Positions 12,853 to 26,949 are shown, counted from the first letter of the whole stretch. The stretch: DNA of 63,048 nt, filler included, from Octopus bimaculoides (GCF_001194135.2; 6 parts of 6 records of this genome joined end to end with filler, not necessarily neighbours in it); one strand, 5' to 3'. The notes: generated by a model not told the origin, from the letters alone. Made by a program: numbers and translations.

Positions 12853-13697
12853 TATTATTTCTTCTATATGCACGCGTACATACATACTTATATGTGTGTG
12901 CGTGTGATGAAATTACAACATGTGCACTATACCTTCCTTTTGCCTTTGCAATATGCAAATGTAATGTCACGTAGTGCTCGTTGATGTGCGGCAGGTTATT
13001 AGATTATTCAAATATTTGCGCAGTTATACATTTAAATATACAGAACACAATTTATATTCTTAGACACTAAATTTATTTCTTATAAGATATATTCTGTTCA
13101 ATGCCTCCGAATATAGGCTATTTTCTCCAGTATATATTAAAACAGTAAACAACCTACCACACACACAAATGCATCTGTGTCTCAGCATATTAGAATATTA
13201 TACTGGATATCAGCTGTCAGTTAAAACGCACGTCAAATTTTCATCGAACGTTTTCATGTATATACTTGTGTGTGTGTATCCACGCGCACGTGTGTGTATA
13301 TATATGCATATGAACGCGTTTACGTATGTGAAAGTGAATGATATTTTGTGGGCAGGAAGTATGAAATTGATATGAGTGAACGGTAAAATGGGGATCAGCT
13401 GGTAGAGCAGTTGTTCTTGTCTCCGCTTTCTTTGTCGTCTTATTTCCTGCAAAAATCACTAGACAATGGATTTGCCCACAAGCTCTCTAACCTCGATTTA
13501 CAACCCGAAACTACAAGCGACACCACTACTAGCAGTGCCATGATTGTTAGCGTTGCTCTTATTAATTTCGTACCCATTTGGATTTGGAAGACGTGACCAC
13601 GTGTGTCTTTGGTCGTTTATTTATGTGCATTTTATAATTTTTTGGTATTATCACATACCATATTCTGCCACCACAAGTTTGTTGATAATATGCATTT

Positions 13698-13735
<38 letters not shown>

Positions 13736-14135
13736 TTGCGTTTTTGACACCAGTCATTGTATTTAATTGCGGTGCACTGAAGAGGCGCTTTTCTTTAGGT
13801 ATTATGTAATACTTATTCTCTCCAACGCCACTGTGAATGCTACATCATTTACACAATGTGATGTATATACCACCAGCATTTCCTAAGTGACTTTAACACC
13901 TGGTTCAGAATTCAGGCAAGGCTGGGGTCAGGTGTCATACGCTCCCTACACAATTCAGGCTCACCACAAAATTTCTTATCATCAGAGGCCCTGTTCTATT
14001 TAAAATTATCCCATCACCTATAAAAAAAAAACCTGCACAGATTTTCTCAAGGTTACCAGATGTATCAGATAATGCATCTGTTTTTTTTTTAATATGCTGT
14101 CCCAATATCAAAAAGGCTTATCTTACACTGCTTAT

Positions 14136-14520
14136 CTTAGAAGCAAAATGATTGTGTTAAATCTCTTAGATCCTCTGGAAGATCGCATCGAAAAATCAAA
14201 TGAGAGAAAAGGAAAGAAATATGCTGAGATGGTGGAGCTATGCCAAAAGAGTGTGTGACAAGCAAGTTGTGATCCCATATTAGTTGGATGGAGAGGGGTC
14301 GCCGACCAATCTCTCGGCAGAGGCAGCAAAATACTTTCCGTGACTGGGGCCAGTAGTTCGATGGCTATTATGTTTGAAGATTGAAGATGGTTGTGGGTTA
14401 GCAGTTGCAGCCCTGGGAAGGGACAACGCTTCCAGGTAGGTATACAACTAGGTAGACACGAGCTGGGGCTCGATCAACAATGCCTGGGCCAATCTAATTG
14501 AAGGTTTCTCATTTGAAAGA
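14136..14520 (+). mobile_element. 3' fragment of a HERO/R2-like REL-endonuclease non-LTR retrotransposon
   Basis: LRSKMIVLNLLDPLEDRIEKSNERKGKKYAEMVELCQKSV*QASCDPILVGWRGVADQSLGRGSKILSVTGAS matches the remembered HERO C-terminus (ELTVPWEDRxEEANERKxxKYxxLV...PIEVGCRG). An RWLW remnant and a 3' UTR-like segment follow. Confidence 0.75.
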
Positions 14521-15404
14521 CCTAAAATACAAAGTGAAGTTTAGAAATACCGCTAACGTCTTGTCTCGGTGAATTACGATATGAGTTATTGTTAACTGAG
14601 CTGTTCATCAATTCGAGATTGTTAAAATAATAATAAAAAAAATAATACAAAAATGAAATCTTGTATTAGAGTGGATATAATCAGCAAATAACTATTCCAC
14701 GGTGTGTGTGGCCTTGTGCCAATGTCAGAAATCATTAAATTAGCGTTAAATCTTATATATGAATACAAAACTTTATGAAATGAGGACTACGCTGAAATTA
14801 AATATATGAGAAGAGAAAAATATCAACAAAGAAACGTTGAATATAATGTTATCAATGTATAAACAAAAAGCGAACAATGCCTTCGATATATAAATAGAAA
14901 AATATAATATTAGCGACTCATAAACAAACATAAACAAAAAGTCCAATGTCTTGCATATATAAGTACACAATTACAATGTTATCAATATATAAACAAATAT
15001 TTATGATCATATATCCTTACCTCCTACCCCATCACCGAATTATTTAAATATTCATCATAACCTCGCTTTGTCTCATAATTAATTATCGATTTATATATTG
15101 AATTTTTAAAATGCCATTATCTAGAATGATTTTTAAATGTCTGGAAATGCGTGTGCGTTCAACTTAATAGTTATTGCTGAGACTCCAGACTTGCAGCACA
15201 ATTACCAAGTCCTTTCTGAGAGTAAAACCGAGCACAAAAATTCGAAACGAGGCACATAATTCTCTTGCCTACAATGACTACCAGATTTGCTTCTTGGTAG
15301 CGGCTTTACATTCTCGCATTGCTATTGAAATATATATTTGCGGCATGAAGTCATTTTGTCGCACATCTGAAGCTGCATCTCTTACTCTCTCCTTCCCCAC
15401 TGCA

Positions 15405-15448
<44 letters not shown>

Positions 15449-16019
15449 CATACATACACAGACACACAGAGTGGTGGACTGGGTCTAAAAATAGTGGTTG
15501 CCAGAAAACAAAGGGGGCCCGCCCGCAATTATACTGCTATCATTTAATTTTTTTTTGTTAAAACCATCTAGAAACACAATCAGGCAGAAATAATTAATGC
15601 ACTCTTCNNNNNNNNNNNNNNNNNNNNNNNNNNNNNNNNNNNNNNNNNNNNNNNNNNNNNNNNNNNNNNNNNNNNNNNNNNNNNNNNNNNNNNNNNNNNN
15701 NNNNNNNNNNNNNNNNNNNNNNNNNNNNNNNNNNNNNNNNNNNNNNNNNNNNNNNNNNNNNNNNNNNNNNNNNNNNNNNNNNNNNNNNNNNNNNNNNNNN
15801 NNNNNNNNNNNNNNNNNNNNNNNNNNNNNNNNNNNNNNNNNNNNNNNNNNNNNNNNNNNNNNNNNNNNNNNNNNNNNNNNNNNNNNNNNNNNNNNNNNNN
15901 NNNNNNNNNNNNNNNNNNNNNNNNNNNNNNNNNNNNNNNNNNNNNNNNNNNNNNNNNNNNNNNNNNNNNNNNNNNNNNNNNNNNNNNNNNNNNNNNNNNN
16001 NNNNNNNNNNNNNNNNNNN

Positions 16020-17030
16020 TGGGGAGATGCTCAGATGACGGGGAGGCTTGGAAAAGTTTAACTGGTTCACAGCGCGCTGGCAGGCGCCCGCAAAAAGATC
16101 GACTGATTGGAACTGGCAAGAAGTTGGCGTGCACGGGGATGGTCGGTGGCCCAGGTCGGTGAAGCAGTCCTCCTCATTACATGTAGGTGGAGTGTCGCGG
16201 AAAAGCACACACAAACAAACACGGCGCACAAAGCTGTGGATATCGGCACGAGTCAGAAATTCGTTGCTGGATGGAGTGAGGGGATGAAGAGTAGACTCTT
16301 ATCAAGGATGGGAACGCTCTGCCTCAGAGAGGGGAAGATCTGGAGGAATGGTAACAACATACTGAAGTGGAGAAGGGGCGGATAGGATAGAAGTAGGAGG
16401 GGTGGATGGAATAGAAGTAAGAGGGGTGGTGAAGATGGTGGAAGGCTGGGAGAGAGGGGATGGGGTAGTGTGAGAATGATTCGAGAGACTGTGGATTGAT
16501 TGAGGGTGGGTGAGTTATCAGGGACTGTGAGGGTTAGTGGAGGAGTTGGGGCTGTGGCATCGTGTGTGATGGAATGGAGGAGTTAGTAGAGCTTACGTTG
16601 ACTGGTGTGAGCGAGAAATAGATGAAAGAGATGATTTAAATGAATTATGTAACGTAACGTAGTGTGTGCATGGGAGGGTTACTCAGAGGAGAAGAAGGAA
16701 AAAGCAAGAGGGAGAAGACGGTCGATGGTGTGTATTTTGGAGAGATTAGAGCGAATGGTGGCACGCATAAGGCGGTAGGTTGTATTACGAAGTATGGGTA
16801 GGATGGTTGTAGCAGAGTGGAGAGTGGGGTGGAAATGGAGGCGGAAAACTTTAGGGATGATGCGGAGATGCAAGCAGCGACTGAGAAACGAAATGTGACC
16901 ACAGAAATGAGTTTTTTGGAAAATTAGTAGGGAAAGGTCAATAGAAGGCTGAACGCAGGGAAAAGGAAATGTGTGCAAAGGTGGAGTTTTAGATGGTGGT
17001 TGATGTAGAGGAGGAAGGGTTTGTAATCGG
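16020..17030 (-). mobile_element. Penelope-like element, 5' part of the ORF (upstream of the RT domain), truncated at a gap
   Basis: VVTIPPDLPLSEAERS...NEFLTRADIHSFVRRVCL...PTSCQFQSVDLFAGACQRAVNQLNFSKPPRHLSISP, typical of the PLE region just before the RT. Frameshifts present. Confidence 0.75.
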
Positions 17031-17887
17031 GCATGATTGTACAACGAGAAGGCCGGACATGTACATGCACCTAGACATGCATATATATCAAAATAATGTC
17101 GAAAGGTGTCAGACAACCGAAGTAAAAAAAAATTTAAAAATGGATAAACGTATTTCATCAGTGACCATTTCATTCCGGGTTTACCATTACGGCGCTCAAA
17201 ATAATTAGGCATCGTTTGTCTGAAAACCTTGAGTTTTTATGAGAAATAATACGAAAGTAAATGTGATGAAAGAAAGCACAGGCAATCACGAGAGATCTTC
17301 TGACATAAAATACAGATAAAATGAGGGAACCGAAAATACCAAATATTTAGAGAGGATAAACAAATGTTTTGTTTGTCTGAAGAGAGAGAAAGAGAGAGAG
17401 GGAATGGGATAGAGAGAGTGAGGGAATAGTGGCGAGGTGTGAACAGAGCAACGCTTGTGAAAGAAAGGGGTGAAAATAGGAGTGGTGGACATCAAGTTGA
17501 GTGGGTGGCCTGCAATGGAAAGACAGAGAGCTAGGTAGCAAGATGGAGATAGAGAGAATGCTAGTGAGAGAGGGAGTGGAAAGAAAATCGGGCAAGAGTA
17601 TTATAGTCGAGAGAGGAAGCGCGAGTGAGAGAGAGAGGTAGAAAGAGAAAGGCAAAATGGAAGAGAATGAGAAAGAAAGTGGTGCAAGTGGAAAGGAGAG
17701 CAAGAAAAGTTACAGCGGCAGAAAATACGATTGAATATATGAATGTATTCACAAGAAATTTAAATTAATGGTTAAAGGATATACGATTACAGAAACGTCA
17801 AAAAACAAATCAAATTTGTTGTCGCTTAATTACATCCTGTTCACTAGTATTTAATTCCACCTTCATACATTTCTCGTATATGTATTT

Positions 17888-18271
17888 CTTGTTGGCACTC
17901 CGTCGCTTACGACGTCGTGGGTCTCAGTTGATCCGATCAACGGAACATCCTACTCGTGAATTTAACGTGCAAGTGACTGAGCACTCCACAGACACGTGTA
18001 CCCTTAACGTAGTTCTCGGGGATATTCAGTGTGACACAGTGTGACAAGGCTGGCCCTTTGAATTACAGGCACAACAGAAACAGGAATTGAGAGTGAGAGG
18101 AAGTTGTGGTGAAAGAGTACAGCAGGGTTCGCCACCATCCCCTACCGGAGCCTCGTGGTGCTTTAGGTGTTTTCGCTCAATAAACACTCACAACGCCTGG
18201 TCTGGGAATCGAAACCGCGATCCTATGACCGCGCGTCCGCTGCCCTAACCACTGGGCCATTGCGCCTCCAC
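17888..18271 (-). mobile_element. tRNA-headed SINE, family 3, near full length
   Basis: Minus strand GTGGAGGCGCAATGGCCCAGTGGTTAGGG...GGTTTCGATTCCCAG (A and B boxes). Second copy at 53477-53730. Confidence 0.8.
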
Positions 18272-18379
18272 CGTATATGTATATATAGCCCATTAATTAA
18301 CAGGATGTGTTCCGTCAAATTTGAGACATGTATTTTGTTATGTCCCGTTCAAATACGGGGATTTTGTTGACTGAGATGT

Positions 18380-19455
18380 ATCCTCCGCCCGAAGAAATCG
18401 TGTCAGCTGCTGAGAGTAGTACAGCGTCTGCTGTGGCCAAAAGTGCCCATACTGGAATGGCAGTCATGCATTCATCGACTGTACTTGGAGGCGCTCTATT
18501 TCGGCCCTACTGGTTTTTTTCTTCTGTCAAATGCTCTTTTCTCTGGTGGCAAATTCCTGTTTTTCTTCCCATCGCGTCGTCCCCTTTCGCAGCATTTGTC
18601 TCTAGTGTGGGCGATCATTTGCGTCTTCCCCTCATCTCAGACTGTCCAGATCAAGCGAATTCATATTTCTCTGGCAGAAGTCATGAAACGAAGTGAATGT
18701 CGTACTCGTGCTTTAGCACCGGTGGCCAGTTCCTGACACTGGAGGTCATTTGGAATATTCCCGTTCAGCATGCGATGTACATAAACGAGCCAGCGTAAGC
18801 TGGATGAGTATGCTGGGTATCTTAGTACGGTTGAGGAATTCGGTGATGGAGATGTGGTCGGTTCACTTGATATCAAAGATGCGTCTCTGATTACGAAGGT
18901 GAAAGACGCTGAGGCGGCTCACCTGTCTAGAGAAGAGTCTCCACCTCTCACAGCCATAAATTAGCGTACAAAAGGCACACGCCTCGTAGACAGGAATCTT
19001 GGTGTTTGCGGACAGTTTTCTGTTTTCCAAACCCTCTTTGCGAGTCTGGCAAATGTGGAGGATGCTTGTCCAATTCTCTTGTTGATATCAACGTCCAGCG
19101 GGATGTCATCAGCGATGGTAGAGCCGAAGTAGGTGAATTTATGGACTACTTCCAGCTTGTAGTTGTTAATGGCGATGCTAGCTGGATGCTTGGAAACATG
19201 TCCCAGTACTTTGGTCTCGTTCAGACTGATAGCCAGGCTGAGGTCCTGAAAGGCCTTTTAGAGTTTGTCCACGGGATGCTGCATTTACTCATCAGAGTGT
19301 GTTGTCAGTGCTGCGTGGTCTGCGAACAGCATTTCACTGATGAGTGCCTTGCACATCCAAGATTTTGCTATCCACGACACCGGATGAACCGAAGTCGGAG
19401 CACAAGGTAGAGATGATGGCAACCACCTATAGAAACCGAATGGACAAACGACCGA
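18380..19455 (-). mobile_element. RTE-clade LINE, 3' part of the RT ORF, decayed
   Basis: CKALISEMLFADHAALTTHSDE; FGLTISLNETKVLG; LEVVHKFTYFGSTIADDIPLDVDINKRIGQASSTFARLAKRVW; C-terminal DCHSSMGTFGHSRRC. Confidence 0.9.
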
Positions 19456-19785
19456 GGTAAAAAAGGGCATGCACGAAAAATCAGTACAACAAGAATGATA
19501 TGTAGAACAAAATCACAATCTCAATGCAGTGGTCTCCAACATGAATGCACCGTTGCTGCATATCTGAAACAAATAATATACATATATATATAACATTTAT
19601 TAATGAGGGTAGAAATTGATATTAATCAATTAAAACCAGTGGTCTAGCATATTAAAAAAACAACCGAACATTAAAATTACATTACATACAAAAATAAGAG
19701 GAGTGTGTGGACTCACTCCTCTTATTTTTGTATGTTGTGTATGTATATATATATATATATATACATAAAGTTACATATATATATG

Positions 19786-19827
<42 letters not shown>

Positions 19828-19845
19828 AAGTTACATATATATATG

Positions 19846-19883
<38 letters not shown>

Positions 19884-21121
19884 AGTGTATAAATAATTAT
19901 ATGTTTGTGTGTGTGTGTATGTATATCTAAGTATATGTATATATGCATACATACATGCATACATACACACACACACATATATATATACTAGTGGAGAGAT
20001 GAAGAGTGATAGTTGAGAATGATAAGTTCAGCAAATATTACGTCCACAAAAGAAGGTATTCTGAGATAATGATCGGAATAAATAATGAAGGAAATTCACC
20101 GAAGATGCCAAAACTTAGGGTGAAGTAAGAGAGAAGGGGAAGAAAGATACTGTATAATGGTGAACAGGCTGCGTCTGAAGCTGGAAGTAGTTGGTTAAGA
20201 AACAATTAGAAGTGACTCAATTAAAATGAATTCCACAAGCAGCACGGTGTGAATTCCGTTGAAATATTGATTTGAGCTCAAACTTTGTGCTGATGTAACA
20301 GAACAATATTGATACTTCATTTAAATACGTCTGGATAATAGGAATGTGGAGGAGAAGAAATACAACGTATTTGCAATTCACACTATACAATTATCTAGAG
20401 TGTTCGTTGTATTGATAAAGGTAATTCATACCTACCAGTGTAATAATAAATGTGCTTTGCATACACAGATATTGCAATTTCAAATGGAAATTGTCCACAG
20501 AATTCATGTAAGTAAAGTAGAATCTAGTTTTTATTTAACTTTAGCTACTTTATTTATTTTATTTTTGGTGTCGTCTGGGATATGCAGATTGTTATCTTAA
20601 GCAATAATTAAAAATCGCTACCGCAAGGGGGAATGGAATAGAAAAAAGAGAGTAATAATTTGAGTGCAGGAATCAAAACAAGATTGATAATTGAATTTCA
20701 GATGTAACAAATTTCTTAATAAAATGAAGACCATCATAATCTATAAGTATTTGAATATGCTTTGTAAACTTGCTATTGATTGTAAGTTGTTTCTCTTTCA
20801 TGACATCAAATCAGTCAATATTGAGTATCGATTAACTCCTATATGGTACTTATTACTTAAGAGAGCAGAAAACCTAACCTGTATTAGATCTATATCAATA
20901 GTTAAACTACGTGTGCGTCTGGCAGTCCAACTTAATTGCTTTACAAATGTGGCTCTCTCAATAAATTGGCATCTGTATATGTACCTAATTTGAAGAGATA
21001 ACCATCTTGCTAAGACAGAATTTTCAAATATTATCTGAATAGCTGAACATCAAATACACTTTTTTGCTAAATTTTCAGTGCTTCTGCTAGAATTTGTGAA
21101 TGTTAGTAATACTCTTCATAC

Positions 21122-21190
21122 TTTGTTGCCATTCTTTCCCTCACTTGACCTCTTTTCGTCTTTATCGACGTCTTCTTTGGCATTCAATTT
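21122..21190 (-). CDS. Candidate exon KLNAKEDVDKDEKRSSEGKNGNK
   Basis: ttctttctgtagttttag|AAATTG...AACAAA|gtatga. 69 nt, open in phase 0. No homology recognised. Confidence 0.25.
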
Positions 21191-22435
21191 CTAAAACTAC
21201 AGAAAGAAACAAAAATTTCTAAAATAAAGCAAACTTGTTTAAGTGTCCTGTAGAATATCTCGGCGTTAATCTATCATACAATGCCGCTAGTTTAATATTT
21301 TGGCATATCATTTTAAAAAATCACAGCTATCTTGACATTTGTGTCTGTGATAAGAAATCTAAAATATAAATTCACTTCTTTGTGATATCCATAAATCACA
21401 TTAATATTTCACATCAATATTTCACTCCACCAACTTGGAAACGTGCCAATATCTTCTTTATAGCATCGGCTAAGAGATACACTATAGATGTTATTTACAC
21501 AAACCACTCCACTTCACTATCTAATATTTCCATGGTTATAGAAATATATAATGAACAGACGCATCCTCCAGCGCAGTGATAACTTACTCCTCTCGCTTAC
21601 ACTAACCTATCCCCCCTCTCACTCCCCTTAGTAACCAGTAGTAGGTCACTAGTTGATCTGATGGAGAAATCTTCGTTCTCATCCATCATCTAAAACTGGG
21701 TCGATTCTCTAGACAATTTCGGTGAAAGTAGAGCAATCCAATATGATTTAAGCAAAGACAATATAGAATTGTGGCGCCGGCATATCCTATAAAATGATCC
21801 TAGAGACAGTGATGTCGTGGATCTCATTAAATGTCTGCAGAAATTCGAATGTATGTATTTCATTATAAATTCACTCAAGAATTCTATTCATGTACCATGT
21901 TGGAATAATCGTTGCTCTGACTACTAAAGCTCTGAAATATTATTATCTCATTCAATATCTCAATACTTTATATAAAGACGCGTTGTAATAGTCACTGATT
22001 AAATCTTATTTAGCATTTTCATCTTTTGGACTGACAAGGTGCGATAGAACCCCAAATCTTTTAAGAAAAGTGAATTATATCTTGAGCCTGGGGATGCTTA
22101 AAAGGATCCTGCTAACTATATATTGGTGTTAAGCCGATTCACGGATTACTAGTGAAATGAGAAAAGCCTGTCCGACAGGCTTCCGCACAATTTCCGCCAA
22201 CCAACTTTTATCTGGATAAAATGAATCGAAATATTGTAGGCTATGATATAAATCTGTTTCTCAGTCTCCTATGCGTAGAATATTAAGAGGTACGTAACCA
22301 CGTATGTCTCAATCAACAATCCCGTTTGAACACATTTCTTTTGTATGACCATCATAAATATTTACATCATTAATAGATATATCAAGCAAGGATCTCCTCG
22401 TGCTCATTCTCATTTCCCTCAATATTATCAAATGA

Positions 22436-22610
22436 TTCGAGGCGGTTGCGTAACAGAATCGTTAGTGCGCAGGGCAAAATGCTTAGCGGTATTTCGTTAG
22501 TCTTTACGTCCTGAGTTCAAATTCAGCTCAGATCGAGTTTGTCCCCTACCCCCTTTCAGGGTCAATAGAATGAATACCATTTGAAAGTGGGGGTCGATGG
22601 AATCGACTTA
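22436..22610 (+). mobile_element. SINE family 2
   Basis: GGCGGTTGCGTAACAGAATCGTTAG...GAGTTCAAATTC...GGGGTCGATGGAATCGACT. Confidence 0.7.
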
Positions 22611-23144
22611 CTCTGTTACATAGATGCTAAATATAGAAAGATGATTCCAAAATATAGGATTCTAGATGCGGTAAAGGACGCCGTGTAACATCGGGTTAGT
22701 GGCGGAGGTGTGTTTGTAAGTTTGTCACTGGATGGCCTTTTATTTTAGTATAGCCTAGGATGCACTTTTCACATGTAGCATCTAAACTGGCTCAAGTGGG
22801 GAAGCTATGTTGCTTTGTAATACATATTTGAGGATTGGAACAGCTTTTAGTAGTTGAAGTTTTTCTTCCCCAAGATAATGCTTCATCTTATGAGTGTAGT
22901 TTCTTTGTTTTGATATGAATACTATATAAATACGAAGGACTATCTACAATCGATATCTCGATAATAATGGCGTGATTAAAATCAACAGCCAGGTCAATCT
23001 GGGTCTGCCATGAAAATGGAGGCCTATATTTGTCCATCGACAAATTCAAGATCGTGATTGTGGAGCGAATGAGAGCTGAGAGGTTCTACGTGTCTTGCAG
23101 ATCGTACATTAATTGCAATATTCTGAATACTGAAGAACGGAAAA

Positions 23145-23277
23145 GAGTCAGCAACTTCGAGTGCAGGTATTTGCCTCTTATGCTGAGAGTCACTAACTTC
23201 GGGTGCAGGTGCGTCTCCCTTATACTGAGAGTCAGTAGCTTCGGGTGCAGGTGTTTGCCGCTTATGCTGAGAGTCAC
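23145..23277. repeat. 42-bp minisatellite, 3.2 copies
   Basis: Unit GAGTCAGCAACTTCGAGTGCAGGTATTTGCCTCTTATGCTGA with diverged repeats. In frame on both strands. Confidence 0.9.
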
Positions 23278-23689
23278 TTTTAAAGTTAAAAATTGGCCTT
23301 AAAGCTTTGATAATAATGACCTGCGTTAAAAGGTGCCAAGTCACCAGATGGTGGTATTAAAATGGGGGACGGTAAACATCTTCCACACAGTAGGGTTATA
23401 ACGGGATTTGATGCTGTTGAAAGAGACAACAATATTAAGGTCATTCTAAAGACTAAACTGGAGTTAGTTGTACATGGTAAAAGTGCAAATCTGAGGTGAA
23501 CTCATTTGGTTTCATGGAATGCTCACTAATGTATGGACTCATGTTCTCTTTCTCATTTTAATTTACAAAAAAAAAAAAAAAACATCTGACCGGTCAACCA
23601 CTTGGTACGAAGGTTGTGAAAGAAAATATCTCATTTTAACCGTCATCCTTTAAGCCTCAAGTGCTTGCAAGCTTTTATGCTCTCAGATA

Positions 23690-24175
23690 TTCTGATCATT
23701 TGTAGCGTATGCATTAAGGATTTACGTTCTCACCCAAGGTAATAAGTTCATACTTTGCCCGAGACGGTTTGTTATGTATCGTTCGGCGCCGATAATAATT
23801 GGTATGGAGTTGAAAGTATGTGTGTACTGGATATCCAAGCTCTTTATCAATGGTCCGTGTATGTCCTCTTTCTATTGTATTATTCTAACCCCATTGGTGT
23901 CCAATGAGCAGCTGATTTCTACAACAGAACATATCCTTTCCTTGTGTTCCCACGCAACATATCTGTCCTGTTGTATTTTAATACTGTGGCTGTTTTAATT
24001 TTGAAGTTCCACCAATATTCCTTTGGCCCGTGAGTCTCAATACGGTTAACTTCATTTGTAGGTCTTTCCTTTTTCATTATCATTTTCCAGACTGTTCTAG
24101 ACACCGTATCATGCTTCATGGGAAGATAATATCTGGAAGACATGCTCTCACAGTTGACAATAATATGATGGAGGT
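23690..24175 (-). mobile_element. R4/Dong-like LINE, zinc-knuckle to REL endonuclease fragment
   Basis: HHIIVNCESMSSRYYLPMKHDTVSRTVWK...EYWWNFKIKTATVLKYNRTD...EISCSLDTN...KEDIHGPLI...IPIIIGA (degenerate RHD, NRPD, ExxxP, K and PxxIG motifs). Confidence 0.75.
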
Positions 24176-25714
24176 CTTCAGTATACACGTATGTATGTAT
24201 GTGTGTGTGCATATATGCATCATTGCATGCATGTATAGATAGATAAATAGATAGGTAAGTAGATAGATAGATAGATAAGCAAATATTTTTGCGACAAGTA
24301 AAACTTGAGACATAATAAAGATGATTGTGTCAAACACTCTCAGCATAGAGAGGACAATATTTGGAGATGTTTATTCGGGTGTTAATATTATTTCGTAATA
24401 GTGACTTCAAATGTTGACACAATGCCAGCAATTTTCAGAAGATGGTAAGTCGAGAAATGAGAACGTAAAGACTAGCGAAATAACGCTTAAGCAAAGCATT
24501 TTGCCCTGCGCAGTAACGTTCGGTCACATCGTCGTCTTAAATTACCTGAACATATTGTGGGAAATGAGAATTAGCATAATGGGATCATTGCTCGATATAT
24601 CTAGGAATGACAAATATTTTTTTATGTTCAAACAAAAGAAAAATAAACAGACTGAATTGTAGATTGAGACACATATGTTTACGTGCCTATTAATGTTTCC
24701 AACGTAATGCGAGTGTAGAATGTTCCCCAAAAGAAACAGCAAAATACGATGTTACTGAGTGGCAAATCTTTAAGATTTTGTACAGTGAGGTGCTCTGTGT
24801 AGGTATAGCGTACGAATAACAAGAGGACGCTACAATCAAGTGCAGTAGAATTCTCAATTTGAAGTGGCTTTTGAGTTTTCGCTCTGTATCAGCGTATGTA
24901 TATCATGGTCATAACGAAATTCGAGATTCGTGGAGTTTAAAAGAAATTTTGTGAGAGTATTAGTGGATGGAAGGATATTTCAGATATTTTGGAGGAGAGA
25001 AAAAGTCGTTTAGAAACAACCCCGATATCAGATTGCTAATCCGATTTCCGGGATCCATTAGGTTGAAAGCAAAATCAACTTTGATGAGATTTAACAGACA
25101 ACATAAGACAAGAAGCTATTCACGCGCTCTACAAACTCGACCAATCCATCGACATCAGATATGTTCTTCTTATACTAATATAATAGTACTGCAGCCAAAT
25201 ATTTACTTTGACGCAATGCACACTTATACACACCCATTTATGATAACTTACAGAAAAGTACACAGATCGTTAAAATACAGAAATAAATCCATTTAGAATG
25301 ATTAAAAATATCTCTGGCTTCTGATTTATGACTTCTTAATTTCATTTCAATAATTTTATACTTCATGATATCTTCCAAACAACGATGCCTTCTCAAAATA
25401 ATGGCAAATGGTTTCTTTTTTAGAATATTTATTGCTAATCATTTACCGTTATTGATTTTGGTTTTAATTTTCTGAAAGTTCATATCTAATTATCATTAAA
25501 TACTGCCAGTTAACTGCAGCAAAATTCTTCTTTCATACAGAATATATGACATCATGCTGACTTTAATGAAAAACGGAGGTATAATTCACGTCATGGATGA
25601 ACACGCACATATATAAACACGTGCGCATATGTGTGTGTCTGTGTGTACAGAGGGAGATAGAGAACTATAAGCGACATTTTGTCTGTAAAATATATATAAT
25701 ATATATATATACTC

Positions 25715-26127
25715 TTTACTACTTACTCTTTTGTTTCAGTCATTTGACTGTGGCCAAGCTGGAGCACCGCCGTTAGTCGTGCAAATCGACCGCAGGACCT
25801 ATTCTTTGTAAGCATAGTACTTATTCTATCCTTCTCTTTTTGCCGAACCGCTAGTTTACGGGGACGTAAACACACCAGCATCGGTTATCAGGCAATGTTG
25901 GGGGGACAAACACAAACATATGCACACACAGATACATATATATACATACATATATACATATATACGACGGGCTTCTTTCAGTTTCCGTCTACCAAATCCA
26001 CTCACAAGGCTTTGGTCGACCCGAGGCTATAGTAGAAGACACTTACCCAAAGTGCCACGCAGTGGGACTGAACCCGGTATCATGTGGTTCGTAAGCAAGT
26101 TACTTACCACACAGCCACTACTACGCC
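25715..26127 (-). mobile_element. SINE family 1, full length
   Basis: Reverse complement of the 52095-52540 copy, including the internal (TA/CA) microsatellite. Confidence 0.85.
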
Positions 26128-26769
26128 TATGTAAATATATAGTATAATTTTAAGATCTGAAGCTTTTTTTAATCTGGAAGTTGACTATTGCAGTGTATAT
26201 GTATCGAAGCACGAATATTCGAAAACACGTTGAGAATTTGACTCTTTGGAAATTAGACAATAAGTTATCAATAATCATATTTTGATTATTATATGAAAAA
26301 TGCTCGACATTCTCAACTATAAATATTACAAAATTGTGGATTAAAATTTGCTACTGTACATATTTGAAAAATGGTAAAAGGTTTTAAGATATGGTACTTC
26401 TGTAATGTAGAATATGCACTTTGCAATCCAATTACAGCTTAGACATATTTCTATATATAGCGATAGCGGTGTGTGTGAAATTGGCCAGTAAATATCTCAT
26501 AATGACAACTGTCAGTGGCTGGTGTATAATGTTATAATACAGGGAATTTGAGATAGTAACAACTGGAGGTATTAATGTTGGGGGTTGCATTTTTTACAAC
26601 AGATCAATTACTTTTATCGGTATTGATAATATTCCTGTGTATAGATTGTCTAGAAATATATGTATAGCACTGTTTCTCTGGTATCTGAAGGCTTATAGGT
26701 GCTGGTACACAAAGGAAGGATGCTCGATGATATAAACGTGTGTATATACATACACACGCACACACACAG

Positions 26770-26816
<47 letters not shown>

Positions 26817-26916
26817 NNNNNNNNNNNNNNNNNNNNNNNNNNNNNNNNNNNNNNNNNNNNTTAATTAATTAANNNNNNNNNNNNNNNNNNNNNNNNNNNN
26901 NNNNNNNNNNNNNNNN
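26817..26916. other. Artificial 100-bp join marker (44 N + TTAATTAATTAA + 44 N); also around 36785, 49053, 58874 and 61831
   Basis: The same 12-mer, which contains stop codons in all six frames, is centred in N runs five times. Confidence 0.9.

Positions 26917-26949
<33 letters not shown>

Noticed and set aside
15470-15530. Possible hAT-type terminus (GTGGTGGACTGGGTCTAAAAATAGTGGTTGCCAG)
   Set aside because: The partner terminus is lost in the adjacent gap, so a TIR cannot be demonstrated.
23145-23277. CRISPR-like array
   Set aside because: Contiguous tandem units with no unique spacers, no cas genes, eukaryotic context.
26861-26872. TTAATTAATTAA recurring five times
   Set aside because: Always centred between 44-N runs and has stops in all six frames: an artificial scaffolding token, not a biological motif.
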